64,000 nucleotides of DNA, taken from positions 2,356,001 through 2,420,000 of the forward strand of contig CATNEN010000041.1 of assembly GCA_950097015.1 (NCBI GenBank), written 5' to 3'. The notes beneath the pieces are model-generated. The model did not search any database, was not told the DNA's origin, and saw only the letters and a list, made by a program, of their open reading frames with translations. Each line of letters opens with the position of its first letter. The stretch's first letter is position 1. The translations under genes were made by a program, and so were the position numbers. Source of the DNA: Macrostomum hystrix (taxonomy: Eukaryota > Animalia > Platyhelminthes). Of the stretch, positions 24,681-35,637 are shown piece after piece.

Positions 24681-25519
24681 TAGGGTGATGCTTAGCCGTT
24701 AATTATAAAAATGCACAAAACGCAAAAGCAAGACATGCAGGTAGCCTACTACGAGGAGTAGACATTGGCTACTCGTATATAATACATTTTTTTATTCCCT
24801 AGAAATGCAACCGCAGCAACTCATGGAACGCATTAGAAGATGTTTGGTAAATTTGTGTAGGGAGCGCTGAGCAGTTGACGAAAAAAGCAGCAACAGAGAA
24901 GGGGCTTAAGGGCGTGCAAGCGAGTTCCTGTGTACAGTATCTGTGTTGTGAGCTGCGTCTCACAATGACCTTGCTCCGACCCCTGCGTCTCTAAGCCGGC
25001 CACCTGCTCAATCCAGTTCTGCCCGGCCCCGGCTTAGGCCACCCTCCTTTATCGTTGTTTGTCGCTCGCCCATTGGCTGCCCTCTGCGCCGTCTTCGCTA
25101 GTCCAATCAGGCCTCTCGCAAAGGAGTTATTCATTGACCGTGCTCAAACCTTGTTCCTCTGCCCGACCTCTGCTGCTGCCAAAAGCTCATCATCATCATC
25201 CTTCTCCTCCAGAGTCTTCCCTCGAGTCTGCGAAGCGTCGGTACTCCTCCAGACCGTCATCCACCTCTCTCTGGCGCTGTCGAGTGGCTACCCGCTCGCA
25301 GTCAAAGCCTTCGCACATCCTTCTGTGATCTGTGATTCCGGGCTTAGCGAGTGTCTGTACGCTCCAAGCCCATCCCGTCTCTCCTCGGAGTGTCTGAACG
25401 CCTCGAGGGTCGCTGCTTCCCATCCCTCCTCCCCCGGCAAGCTTTGGGCGGTCCGTACCCGAACCCCGGCTACCGCGTCGGCGAACTGCCGACGGTACAG
25501 ATAAAGTACAACATATGTA

Positions 25520-25600
25520 CGTGGGTGCTCAGGAGTCAGCGAAATTGGCAGAATTGCCTCCTCGCTGGCTGCGGGTCCGGTGTCAACAAATGATGTGCCA
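25520..25600 (+). mobile_element. 3' fragment of the tRNA-derived SINE family
   Basis: gtgctcaggagtcagcgaaattggcagaattgcctcc is the reverse complement of the SINE tail at 38167-38205. Confidence 0.55.
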
Positions 25601-25870
25601 TTGCGTGCAGCCCTCCTGCAATCATTTTTATTAAGAAGCTTAAGACTTAGTTATAAAATGGCATGTGCAGATGAACTCTACAAATTTTAGTTTTTGGTGG
25701 AAGCGAAAATTGCGCGCGAATCTCGTGGCAATTTGAAAAAAGCATACATGTGAAAACCATGTTCAGGGTATCAAGGCGAATATCTTTCAATATAAGTATG
25801 GCTATGCAACTCGCGTGACTATTGTGTCCAACGCCACCAGAGCGTGTTGGAATCCTCTGCTGCCGAAGAG

Positions 25871-28428
25871 CTACCGAAGCTGCAACTGCAGGCAGAATGG
25901 GTGGCCTCTGGCGTCTCCCACCAGCAGTCGGAGGCCGGACCCCGCAGCTTCATCACCATCGTTAGGCAGCAGTCGCAGCTCCGTCACCTGGCAGTTGTGG
26001 CGATAGAAACCCACCTGGAGATTTACCAGGTGGCAAAATGATTCAAATAGCGAGTAGCTAAAAAAGAGAGAATATTTTAGATCAATAGCAAATATTTTTA
26101 TAGTCGGAGAGCTTGTAAATCATCTGAATCTTGTCTCGTAATAGCAAGAGAAACAGAAATCTCAAAAAATTTAGTAATTTCAAACGCAACAATGCAATTA
26201 ATGAGGACAGTTAAGAAACGTGCCTCAACAAGCTGACTGTCCAGAGCTCTTGCCTCCATGCGCCAGACGCTGACTTCACCACCAGCGGAGGCCGAGGCAA
26301 GAAACGGCAACGCGCCCGAGAGGTCATCGCTGAGCAGGCAGATGGCCGTCACAGGGTGGTTGTGAGCCTGAAGTCGTTGATTGTAGTGGGAGCAGATTGA
26401 GCTCATTATCTATTCCAACAACCATTAAAACAATCGTAATTAATTATGTTATTTTCTTATAACCTTCAAAGTTTTTAACAAGCCACACACTGCTTTGAAA
26501 ACCAAGACTGTCAGATTAGAAACCGACATTGCACTAAAAATGAAAAAATTACCAGGAATCCAATGACAACGGGACGGACTTGCAGGTCCGATTGGAATAT
26601 CCGGACGACTGAGAGTCGGCCAGGCCGCGGATTCGTGAAAACGAAGAAAGCGTCGCCGCGCGTTTCACCGGTTGCACAGGCTAGCATCAGAGTCGACGAG
26701 CTGGTGGGCACATCGAGCGGCTCAGAGGTCCGCAGCCCGATAACGGTTGCCGCACCCGGAAGAGCAGTTCGCAGTTGGGCTGAAGTCACTCCGGGGTTGT
26801 GAAGCTGCCGAATCAGCAGCTGGCCTTGCTCGGGAATCTGTAGGAATACAGGCGGGCCTGATTGTGGGTCCAAGGTGACCCGGATCGGCATCAGATCGCC
26901 ATCGACCGCCACCAGACACAGGCTACAGTCTTGGAATGCGACGAGGGCCTCGTCGGTTCCGGGCACGGCGCAGATGGCGGCCACTGGAGACACGCTTTGC
27001 AGCAAACACCCGGCTCCAGCGGAAAGCAAATCTAGCGGTTCGGTGTCGGGGCCACGAAGTGACCAGCACTGCAGGCTCTGACTGCCAAGTCTCATCAGAC
27101 CAAGACACTGCTGCCAGCAGACCAGCAAAGCGGATGTGCACAGACACGCCAGATGGGTCACTCCGCCCCACTGCGGCGCGGCTTTAAGTCTGTGCTGCAG
27201 GCTCATGGAATCGAGATGCCAAAGCAGTAAAAGTCCGTCTGCGCCACCTGTGATTACAATACTAATATCGCCAAGTCGGCAGAGACAAGCAATGTTTACT
27301 CGGCCATTGTGTCCCGGCCTGAGGCCCATCTCCACCTGCGGAAGATCAGCTGGTCTCTGCGACTGAACTAAGCAGCCAGCAGAGACTGAGTCGTCAGTGG
27401 ACTGAAAATTTTAATTCTCATTGCAACACTTGGCTCATACACGTATATTGGCACATTTTATTTATGCATTCACATCACTCACAAAACAGACTTCACCAAC
27501 TCCTCCCAGGGAGCGCCCTCTGCCGGGCAATGGCTGCGTCGCACTCCAGCCAGAATTGCTTGCATCAAACTGGGTTGGCTCAGCTGGCATGGGCAACTCA
27601 GCCAATCTGTGGTCGAATGAGCTGGCTGTTGCACTCACTGAGTCAGAGGACTGCCGTCCTCGAAAATTCTCTGTGAATCACAATTGCTCAATATAGTTCT
27701 TTCTTTTTATGCAGCTCAAAACATCCATCAGACAGTGCACTTTAAATGCAAAACCTACCTTGAATCAGCCTGCAATTCAGTCTCGCCGGACATTCGGACA
27801 GGTGAGCCAGGTACGAGTTTCTGTCGAGCCTTAGTCTCGGGCTTCGGCAGTGAGGGCAGGCAGCTGAGAACATCGGACAGCACACATCGGACTCCAGATT
27901 CCTGTGCCTGCTCTCCATCTCACCAAAGGGCACCTGCTGAGAGCACAGCTCACAGCTCACTTTCCTCTGCAGGCACTCTCTGGTTGAGTGGCGCTGCATG
28001 TCCCTCCTCGTCACCTGCTGGCCGCAGAGCTCGCAAGGCAAAGCCTGGAAGTCGCAGCTGTCCAGATGCTGGTCCATGAGAGACCAGCTGAGTGCGGCAG
28101 AGCAGCCGGCACGCAGGTTCGGACACAGGACCTTCAGTCGGCCGACCTCACGTCTCGTCGCAATGTCGGGAAGACAGGAGGCCTGGCTCACCTCGATCTC
28201 CTCCGTGGTGTCTCTGCAGGCCTCCGTGTTTCCGGGACATCGCCGCTTCTCCACCGGTGACAGCAGGCCGGTGACGCAGGGCTGGCACAGGCGACATCCG
28301 TGCGGAGTCTGGAAGCCGTTGAACAGGGGCTGGGAGCAGCTGCTGCACTGCAGGTGGGTCGGCACAGTCGCGTCTTGAGGGGGCCGCGCAGCAGACACAC
28401 GCTGGGACAGCTCTAAAGACATAGACAT
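25871..28428 (-). CDS. Chimeric gene model: TRAF-like copy 4 (RING plus zinc fingers) spliced to WD40 exons; exons 28422(28428)-27759, 27670-27483, 27401-26553, 26409-26224, 26014-25871; about 676 aa
   Basis: TRAF exon truncated after HLSECP runs into donor CAAG|gtaggt. Exon lengths 664, 188, 849, 186 and 144 keep one open frame. WD40 motifs GHNGRVNIACL..VITGGADGLLLLWHL, HNHPVTAICL..LASASAGGEVSVWRM and HNCQVTEL..LLVGDARG. Intron 4 needs a GC donor or a weak GT. The WD40 exons are well supported; the fusion transcript is inferred. Confidence 0.65.
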
Positions 28429-28950
28429 GCTCAGCTGCACTGGGTCGGACGGTTGAGAAAGCTGTCTGGATAGATGAGCCTCTGAAACATATTCACTAAT
28501 TTTTAGTTTGCGCGAAAGCATTTTGAGCAGTTTAAACTGGTTCGACCATGTGCCATTGGACAGAAAACAGGTGCGTTCAAATCCTTCACATCGTTTGAAT
28601 TTAGGTGTCAAATTAAACACGTACAATCCTGTGCTCTGACCTCGTTGGCAGTGTACAAGCCTTAAAACTAGCCATGGGCATTCCGTGACGATTACTTCAA
28701 GGCACTAAATGTACAGTGAACATAGGTCACCCCCGCCCGTTTGTCACTAGCCCAAAAATAGCAAGGAAAACTCGAGTGTGTACGCAAGACAGTAACTGTT
28801 GAATATCTTCAGTCTCACAAAGCGCTTCCATGATTCATTGTGCACACAAACAAAGCTTTTGATCACATGTGAAGCGATAATTGAGCTGTTTTTTTTATTT
28901 TTTTCTTAGTACGAGTACGTTTCAAAATGATCAAAAAAATAAAAAAAGGC
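27800..28950 (-). repeat. Inverted segmental duplication of about 2750-3850 (TRAF copy 1 plus about 500 bp of upstream flank)
   Basis: Non-coding flank is shared, e.g. tgatcattttgaaacgcactcgtactaagaaaaa and agctcaattatcgcttcacatgtgatcaaaagc in reverse complement. Confidence 0.9.
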
Positions 28951-29627
28951 ATTATTAAGGCATGTTCTGTTCTGAGGTACCTCCCTAATGTATTTTGGAT
29001 TAAAAAATACCTAGCCACAAATCAACCAACCACAAAACATTTTTTAGCCAAGGAGCCCAAAAAGGGAAGTGCAGTTTTCATAATAATCTGTGAAATCGCT
29101 TCTGCTACTACAAGTGGTAGTGGTGCTTTTGCAAAAACCTGTCCTACTGTGAAGTCTCATCTCGTACATTGTCTTGCTAGGGCACGAATTTCCTAATTGA
29201 ACGTCCGGGCAAGTGGTTTGACAATGAGACTGAATCTTTGGCTACTGGCTCTGTGATTTTAATTGACTAAATTGCGAGGGCCGAAGTCCCGAGCGGTTTG
29301 TTAAAAATACACTCCTTAAATCTATGCACGCCTGTACATCTCTTTTTCGCTTTATGATGATTGAAATGCATTCGATATTTAATGGACCTAACTTGACCAA
29401 ATTTAAACTTTGAACGTGCATTTTTGGAAGGGAAATTATCACTCTTTAATTTTGAATCTTTTAGCAGCAAGGGAATTTTATGAAGTGCTCATGCTGATGA
29501 AAATGCTTATGTAACTGCTGAAATTGAGAGATATACTCGTAGTTTGTCCGTTAAACTTCTTCTTTTTGAAATAAGAGAAAGTCATTGATATTTTTATTTA
29601 TACAGTCACAAAGGGTGTGTTGTAAGC

Positions 29628-29690
29628 CAGGGGTCGGCAAACTCCGGCCCGCGGGCCTGATGCGGCCCTCGAAGCTCCTAAATCCGGCCC
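29628..29690 (+). mobile_element. Possible hAT-family terminal inverted repeat fragment
   Basis: CAGGGGTCGGCAAACT followed by cggcccgcgggc resembles Charlie/SPIN-type hAT ends. No partner TIR or TSD found. Confidence 0.4.
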
Positions 29691-29769
29691 CTAATCCCTT
29701 ACAACGTCTATAGTATTCGTCACATCTCTCCTGTGTCCCATCTCTCCTCGGTCTCATCTCTCCCATGAC

Positions 29770-30740
29770 TCAAGCCCTGTGTCTTAACTCTCCCCCATCT
29801 CATCTCTCCTTGTTTTATATCTTCTCTGTCATCCCTCATCCCTCCCCTGTCCCCTCTATCCCGTGCCTCATCCCTCCCCTGTCCCCTCTATCCCGTGCCT
29901 CATCTCTCTCCTGTCCCCTCTATCCCGTGCCTCATCCCTCCCCTGTCCCCTCTATCTTGTGTCTCATCCCTCTCCTGTCTCTTCTATCCCGCGCCTCATC
30001 ACTCCCCTGTCTCCTCTATCCTGTGTCTCATCCCTCCCCTGTCCCCTCTATCCCGTGCCTCATCCCTCCCTGTCCCCTCTATCCCGTGCCTCATCCCTCC
30101 CCTGTCCCCTCAATCCCGTGCCTCATCCCTCCCCTGTCCCCTCTATCCCGTGCCTCATCTCTCTCCTGTCCCCTCTATCCCGTGCCTCATCCCTCCCCTG
30201 TCCCCTCTATCCTGTGTCTCATCCCTCTCCTGTCTCTTCTATCCCGCGCCTCATCACTCCCCTGTCTCCTCTATCCTGTGTCTCATCCCTCCCCTGTCCC
30301 CTCTATCCCGTGCCTCATCCCTCCCTGTCCCCTCTATCCCGTGCCTCATCCCTCCCCTGTCCCCTCAATCCCGTGCCTCATCCCTCCCCTGTCCCCTCTA
30401 TCCCGTGCCTCATCTCTCTCCTGTCTCATCTATCCTGTGTCTCATCCCTCCCCTGTCTCATATCTCCCCTGCCTCATATCCTATGTCTAATCTCTCCCCT
30501 GTCTCATCACTCCCCTGTCTCATCTCTCCTCTGTCTCATCTCTCCCCTGTCTCATCTCTCCCCTGTCTCATCCATCCTGTTGTCTCATCTCTCCTGTTTT
30601 ATCTATCCTGTTGTCCCATCTCTTCCGTGTCTTATCTCTCCCCTGTCTCATATCTTCCCCGCCTCAATCTCCCCTGTCTCAGCTCTCCCCTGTCTCATCT
30701 CTCCCGTGTCTCATCTCTCCCGTTTGTCCTATTCCTATTC
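29770..30740. repeat. Pyrimidine-rich degenerate minisatellite (about 32-bp units) with a higher-order duplication
   Basis: Unit cccgtgcctcatccctcccctgtcccctctat; one multi-unit block recurs about 240 bp later. Confidence 0.92.
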
Positions 30741-30839
30741 CTACGTTTGTCCTATTCCTATTCCTCGTATAATTAATTAATTAATTAATTAATAAATTAG
30801 TCCGCACGCTAACAAGCTTGCGGACCTCTGTCGTAGCAC

Positions 30840-30885
30840 TATAAATAGCTCTTGCAAAATGACACGGCATTTCCGTGGAATTTCC
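30840..30885. promoter_or_regulatory. TATA-like box plus two kappaB-like sites
   Basis: tataaata at 30840, ggcatttcc at 30866, ggaatttcc at 30877. Confidence 0.4.
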
Positions 30886-31778
30886 GTTGCAAAAATCCAG
30901 CCCGTGGTGAAGGGAGTGCACATTTAAAAGGATTTGCATATAGGGTGGGGTTAGACCGCTTGATACTGCCTTTAAGACACCCCACCTGGGTCGCCAAGCT
31001 CTGTTTGACAGACATTTGGGCCGCTTTTGCAGACTTAGATTAGGGTTTTTGCTGACTAGCTAATAAAAATACTTCTGCAAAGTATTCTACAAACTGTGGG
31101 CCAGTGCAGTAAATTTCAGTAAGTTTTAATGGATAGTTTGAAGCATTGAATTTGGTATACTCAACCCTGTTGCTACCTTTACGTAAACGCATTTCTTATG
31201 CTTTCCTACTCGTAATTTATTTTTGTAGGATCAAATGTAATTAATTATAATCTGGACGAAATAAATATACAGGCCTATGCGAAAAAAACATTCTTTATAC
31301 GTGTACTGGAGCAATCCAAAAAAGGCCGATAGCTAGTAGCCAATTATGCTGTGCTCAAAACGGTAGGCAAATCGCGCTAACCAACCACTTGAACCGGAGG
31401 GGGGAGCCTCCACACGTTTATTATATAACTCAGTGCAAATAGGCTAAAACGGAGGGGGTGGGTGGACGATGCCACTGCACAATGCGAACGAGGGTTAGAG
31501 AAACAAGGTGAGTGCGCACAGTGGAAGCGGGCGTACAGTAATTGTAAATAAGGTAGATTTAAAAAAGCATACAGCGAGTCAGCGACCAATCATACCACCT
31601 GCCTCCCGAACAATACGAGTAGTTACCTCTCTCCGTATTGACTAAGTGTTAATGAACACAAGCTGCAGCGTATTGTTTCAAGTGAAGGATTTTCTATTTA
31701 AGGGAAAGCGGTGTAGTGGTAGCGTGGGTGTGAAGGAAGGCTATTAAAAGTTAATGAAAGCCGAAGTAACATTGTAAC

Positions 31779-31831
31779 GGAATTGCCACGGAATTGCCGC
31801 GGAGTTTCCCCGGCATTTCCGCGTAATTTCC
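31779..31831. promoter_or_regulatory. Five kappaB-like sites at exact 11-bp spacing
   Basis: ggaattgcc, ggaattgcc, ggagtttcc, ggcatttcc and gtaatttcc starting at 31779, 31790, 31801, 31812 and 31823. Confidence 0.45.
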
Positions 31832-32331
31832 ACTGGTTTAGCGTCGATTTGCCCTTGCTCGCTCTGGAGCAGGGGCTTAGGCAAGTTTATTATTTTTTCT
31901 GTGGTGTTTTGTTCATATTGATGATTTAAGCATTCCTTTGGGTAATTGGTTGATTATCGAAGCCAAATTTCTCGAAGGTGGTGGAGTCGTCGTGTGAAGT
32001 TAGCAAGCGGCATACGTATTGTGCTTCTGGTGCAGCGAAAAACGGAGTGTTGATTGCACTTACGACAAAAAAGACTCGCATACATATTTTCACAATAGCG
32101 TAAACAATCTCATAATGTGTATCAGCCATGGCATTTGCTCTGTCGATTTATTATTCATCCATTGACTTACCATGACCTCGATCTGTGCATACTATTATTT
32201 ACATTAGTAATCCGCCATTGACAGGACGAATTGCTAAATATGAAGAGCATTTACTATTTATATTACCAGCAGCAAATCATTTAAAAAATCTTTCAATTGA
32301 TTAGTCGTTTTCCAACAAAGTTCGTGATCGG

Positions 32332-33087
32332 TCATGACTTGCAAACGACCACCTCCACCAGGCGCGATCCCGGCTCCACCAGGTGGTAAGCTGACAGGCC
32401 GTGGTCTCCGCACAACTTCCACTGGCTGTTCCTGGCGCTGTCGATGGCGATCTGGTGGTTCAACCGAAAACGCAGGCGCCGCCCGCTCTGAAATGCGAGC
32501 CAAACTGTGAGCCGGGCTGAAGGGCTCCAGAAGTTCAGATCCAGCTCCTTTTCCACGTGGCCTTGCTCATCGATTCGCTGGCCGGGGAGCTGGCCCGAGG
32601 GCTGGCGAGCTCCCCAGTCGTTGTCATCAGTTTCCCGGACTGCGACTGCAGTAACACAGTCAGACGAGAGGTTCGTCATTCGGAACCTTGTTTCGACAGG
32701 CAGGCAGGCGGCTTCAGAGCCCCCGTGCGCGAGCCACTCGGAGAGCAGCGAGGCCTGGACTTGGATTTGGAAGTCCCTGAGCCAGCCGGTGTGCGAGCAG
32801 TTCGCGACCCACTTCAGGTACGGGTACCTTCTCAGGAAGTCAACGATTTTGCTTTCCGCTTCTCTGTGGCTTGAAATCGGGCCGAGAGAGACCAGAAAGC
32901 ACCCCGCGGAGGCGACGCGGATTCGGGAAAACTTTTCGGACTCGGTAGCGTCCCAGCTGCCAGTCCAGAGCAGCCCTGGGTGCTGCTGCTCGAACTGCTG
33001 GGCCTTTAGCTGAGCGTCAACCGCGTCCCAGATTTTGCCGATGCGAACCGGCCAGCTTTGTTGTGAGTTCAAGAAGGTCAAGACCAT
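32332..33087 (-). CDS. Intronless 251-aa protein: two MVL (mannan-binding lectin)-like repeats plus an unassigned beta-rich C-terminal domain
   Basis: Long open frame with coding-like GC in AT-rich flanks and a diverged paralog at 18.3-19.1 kb. IGKIWDAVDAQ...WTGSW and LGPISSHREAE...LKWV resemble the MVL repeat pattern GPLWSNxEAQ...FTGQW...MSVVEV (recalled, not searched). Confidence 0.8.
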   Translation of the reverse strand: MVLTFLNSQQSWPVRIGKIWDAVDAQLKAQQFEQQHPGLLWTGSWDATESEKFSRIRVASAGCFLVSLGPISSHREAESKIVDFLRRYPYLKWVANCSHTGWLRDFQIQVQASLLSEWLAHGGSEAACLPVETRFRMTNLSSDCVTAVAVRETDDNDWGARQPSGQLPGQRIDEQGHVEKELDLNFWSPSARLTVWLAFQSGRRLRFRLNHQIAIDSARNSQWKLCGDHGLSAYHLVEPGSRLVEVVVCKS

Positions 33088-33649
33088 CAAGCAATTGCTA
33101 ATAAAGCCTGCCCAGTCTTCTACAGTTCTGAAAAATATTTATAGGCTCTCCCAGACTGACATTTGACTTGGCTGGAAAAAAGGACGGAATTTTCCATTAT
33201 ATTCACGTTTCATTGCTAAAAATATATTTCTCACATGCCCTCCAGTGTACAAGCGGCGGTGCATGCATGCAGGTGACATGCAGCTGGGTTGTTGAACTAC
33301 CTTGTAGATTGAAGTGCCAAAATTAATGCGAGCGTTGCGAGCGCAAATACGAGCTATACTCCAAAAAGTATATTTATAGAGCCTGAGCCACCAGTGCTCT
33401 GATAACGCGTTGCTAGATCGCACACGTGAATGTTGGTGTGATTCACTGCGAGGCCAGAATCAAGAGTATAAATATTTTTGTTGCTAGGACTAGTGCATCA
33501 AATTATACCCAACCACGCAATACGAAAATAGGATTCTTCGATAGGCTGCTAGGCTACCACAAGGAAATATAATAGGGCTGGTCAATGATATCATTCTCAA
33601 CGACTTGGTAAGGATTCTGATGAATTCTGATAAATCTGAAGGATTTGCT

Positions 33650-35215
33650 AAGGATTCTGATGATGGATTCTGATGAATTCCTAAGGATTTCCCTAGGATT
33701 ATGATGGATTCTGAGGGATTCCTAAGGATTTCCCTAGGATTATGATGGATTCTGATGAATTCCTAAGGATTTCCCTAGGATTATGATGGATTCTGATGAA
33801 TTCCTAAGGATTTCCCTAGGATTATGATGGATTCTGATGAATTCCTAAGGATTTCCCTAGGATTATGATGGATTCTGATGAATTCCTAAGGATTTCCCTA
33901 GGATTATGATGGATTCTGATGAATTCCTAAGGATTTCCCTAGGATTATGATGGATTCTGATGAATTCCTAAGGATTTCCCTAGGATTATGATGGATTCTG
34001 ATGAATTCCTAAGGATTTCCCTAGGATTATGATGGATTCTGAGAGATTCGTTAAGGTTCCGAAGTATTCTGAGTGCTTTAACAATGATTAGGATTGATTT
34101 TTAAGGATTTTACTTAGGATTATGATGGAAACTTAAGGAGTTGCTTAGGATTATGATGGAAACTTAAGGAGTTGCTTAGGATTATGATGGAAACTTAAGG
34201 AGTTGCTTAGGATTATGATGGAAACTTAAGGAGTTGCTTAGGATTATGGATTCTTAAGGATTTACATAGGATGATGGATTCTTAAGGATTTACATAGGAT
34301 GATGGATTCTTAAGGATTTACATAGGATGATGGATTCTTAAGGATTTACATAGGATGATGGATTCTTAAGGATTTACATAGGATGATGGATTCATAAGGA
34401 TTTACATAGGATGATGGATTCATAAGGATTTACATAGGATGATGGATTCTTAAGGATTTACATAGGATGATGGATTACTAAGGATTTACATAGGATGATG
34501 GATTCTTAAGGATTTACATAGGATGATGGATTCTTAAGGATTTACATAGGATGATGGATTCATAAGGATTTACATAGGATGATGGATTACTAAGGATTTA
34601 CATAGGATGATGGATTCTTAAGGATTTACATAGGATGATGGATTCTTAAGGATTTACATAGGATGATGGATTCATAAGGATTTACATAGGATGATGGATT
34701 CTTAAGGATTTACATAGGATGATGTATTCTTAAGGATTTACATAGGATGATGGATTCTTAAGGATTTACATAGGATGATGGATTCATAAGGATTTACATA
34801 GGATGATGGATTCTTAAGGATTTACATAGGATGATGGATTCATAAGGATTTACATAGTATGATGGATTACTAAGGATTTACATAGGATGATGGATTCTTA
34901 AGGATTTACATAGGATGATGGATTCTTAAGGATTTACATAGGATGATGGATTACTAAGGATTTACATAGGATGATGGATTCTTAAGGATTTACATAGGAT
35001 GATGGATTCTTAAGGATTTACATAGGATGATGGATTCATAAGGATTTACATAGGATGATGGATTCTTAAGGATTTACATAGGATGATGGATTCTTAAGGA
35101 TTTACATAGGATGATGGATTCTTAAGGATTTACATAGGATGATGGATTCTTAAGGATTTACATAGGATGATGGATTCTTAAGGATTTACATAGGATGATG
35201 GATTCATAAGGATTC
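33650..35215. repeat. Composite minisatellite of related 41-bp, 32-bp and 28-bp units
   Basis: cctaaggatttccctaggattatgatggattctgatgaatt, then cttaaggagttgcttaggattatgatggaaa-type units, then ggatgatggattcttaaggatttacata. Confidence 0.95.
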
Positions 35216-35637
35216 TATTGTATAGAATCGGTTAGGAAAGAATACGTTGCAAACATTCTTACCACTTCGCTAATAATTCTCAAGAGTTTTGCTCGTTCTC
35301 AACGTGCTTAGCAATGTGCTTGTCGTAGTTAGGAATTAAGTATTGAAAAACGGTTAGTTCTCGGGTATGTATATTTATATATGAAGCTACTTTAACGCCA
35401 TAAACAGAAAACAATTATCAGCACCAAAGGCGATAAAATTCCCATAAAACAGACCGCAGCGGATAATTGCTGTGACTCAATAGCTCATCGAATAGCTCTG
35501 GACCAGCGACTTAGTTTCCAGGTCAAAATACTAGAGCTCGATTTACGCAGAGGTGAAACGAGCAAGCAAAAAAGCACTAATGTTGCTGCAGCTGTTGCAC
35601 CTGTTGCTGCAGTTGTGCCAGCTGTTGCTGCAGCTGA

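Noticed and set aside
24930-25510. GC-rich segment with CCAAT boxes and a small hairpin as an LTR or an exon linking WD40 to SAP
   Set aside because: No TSD or second copy found, no convincing reading frame, and the WD40 gene has its own stop at 25871. Left unannotated.
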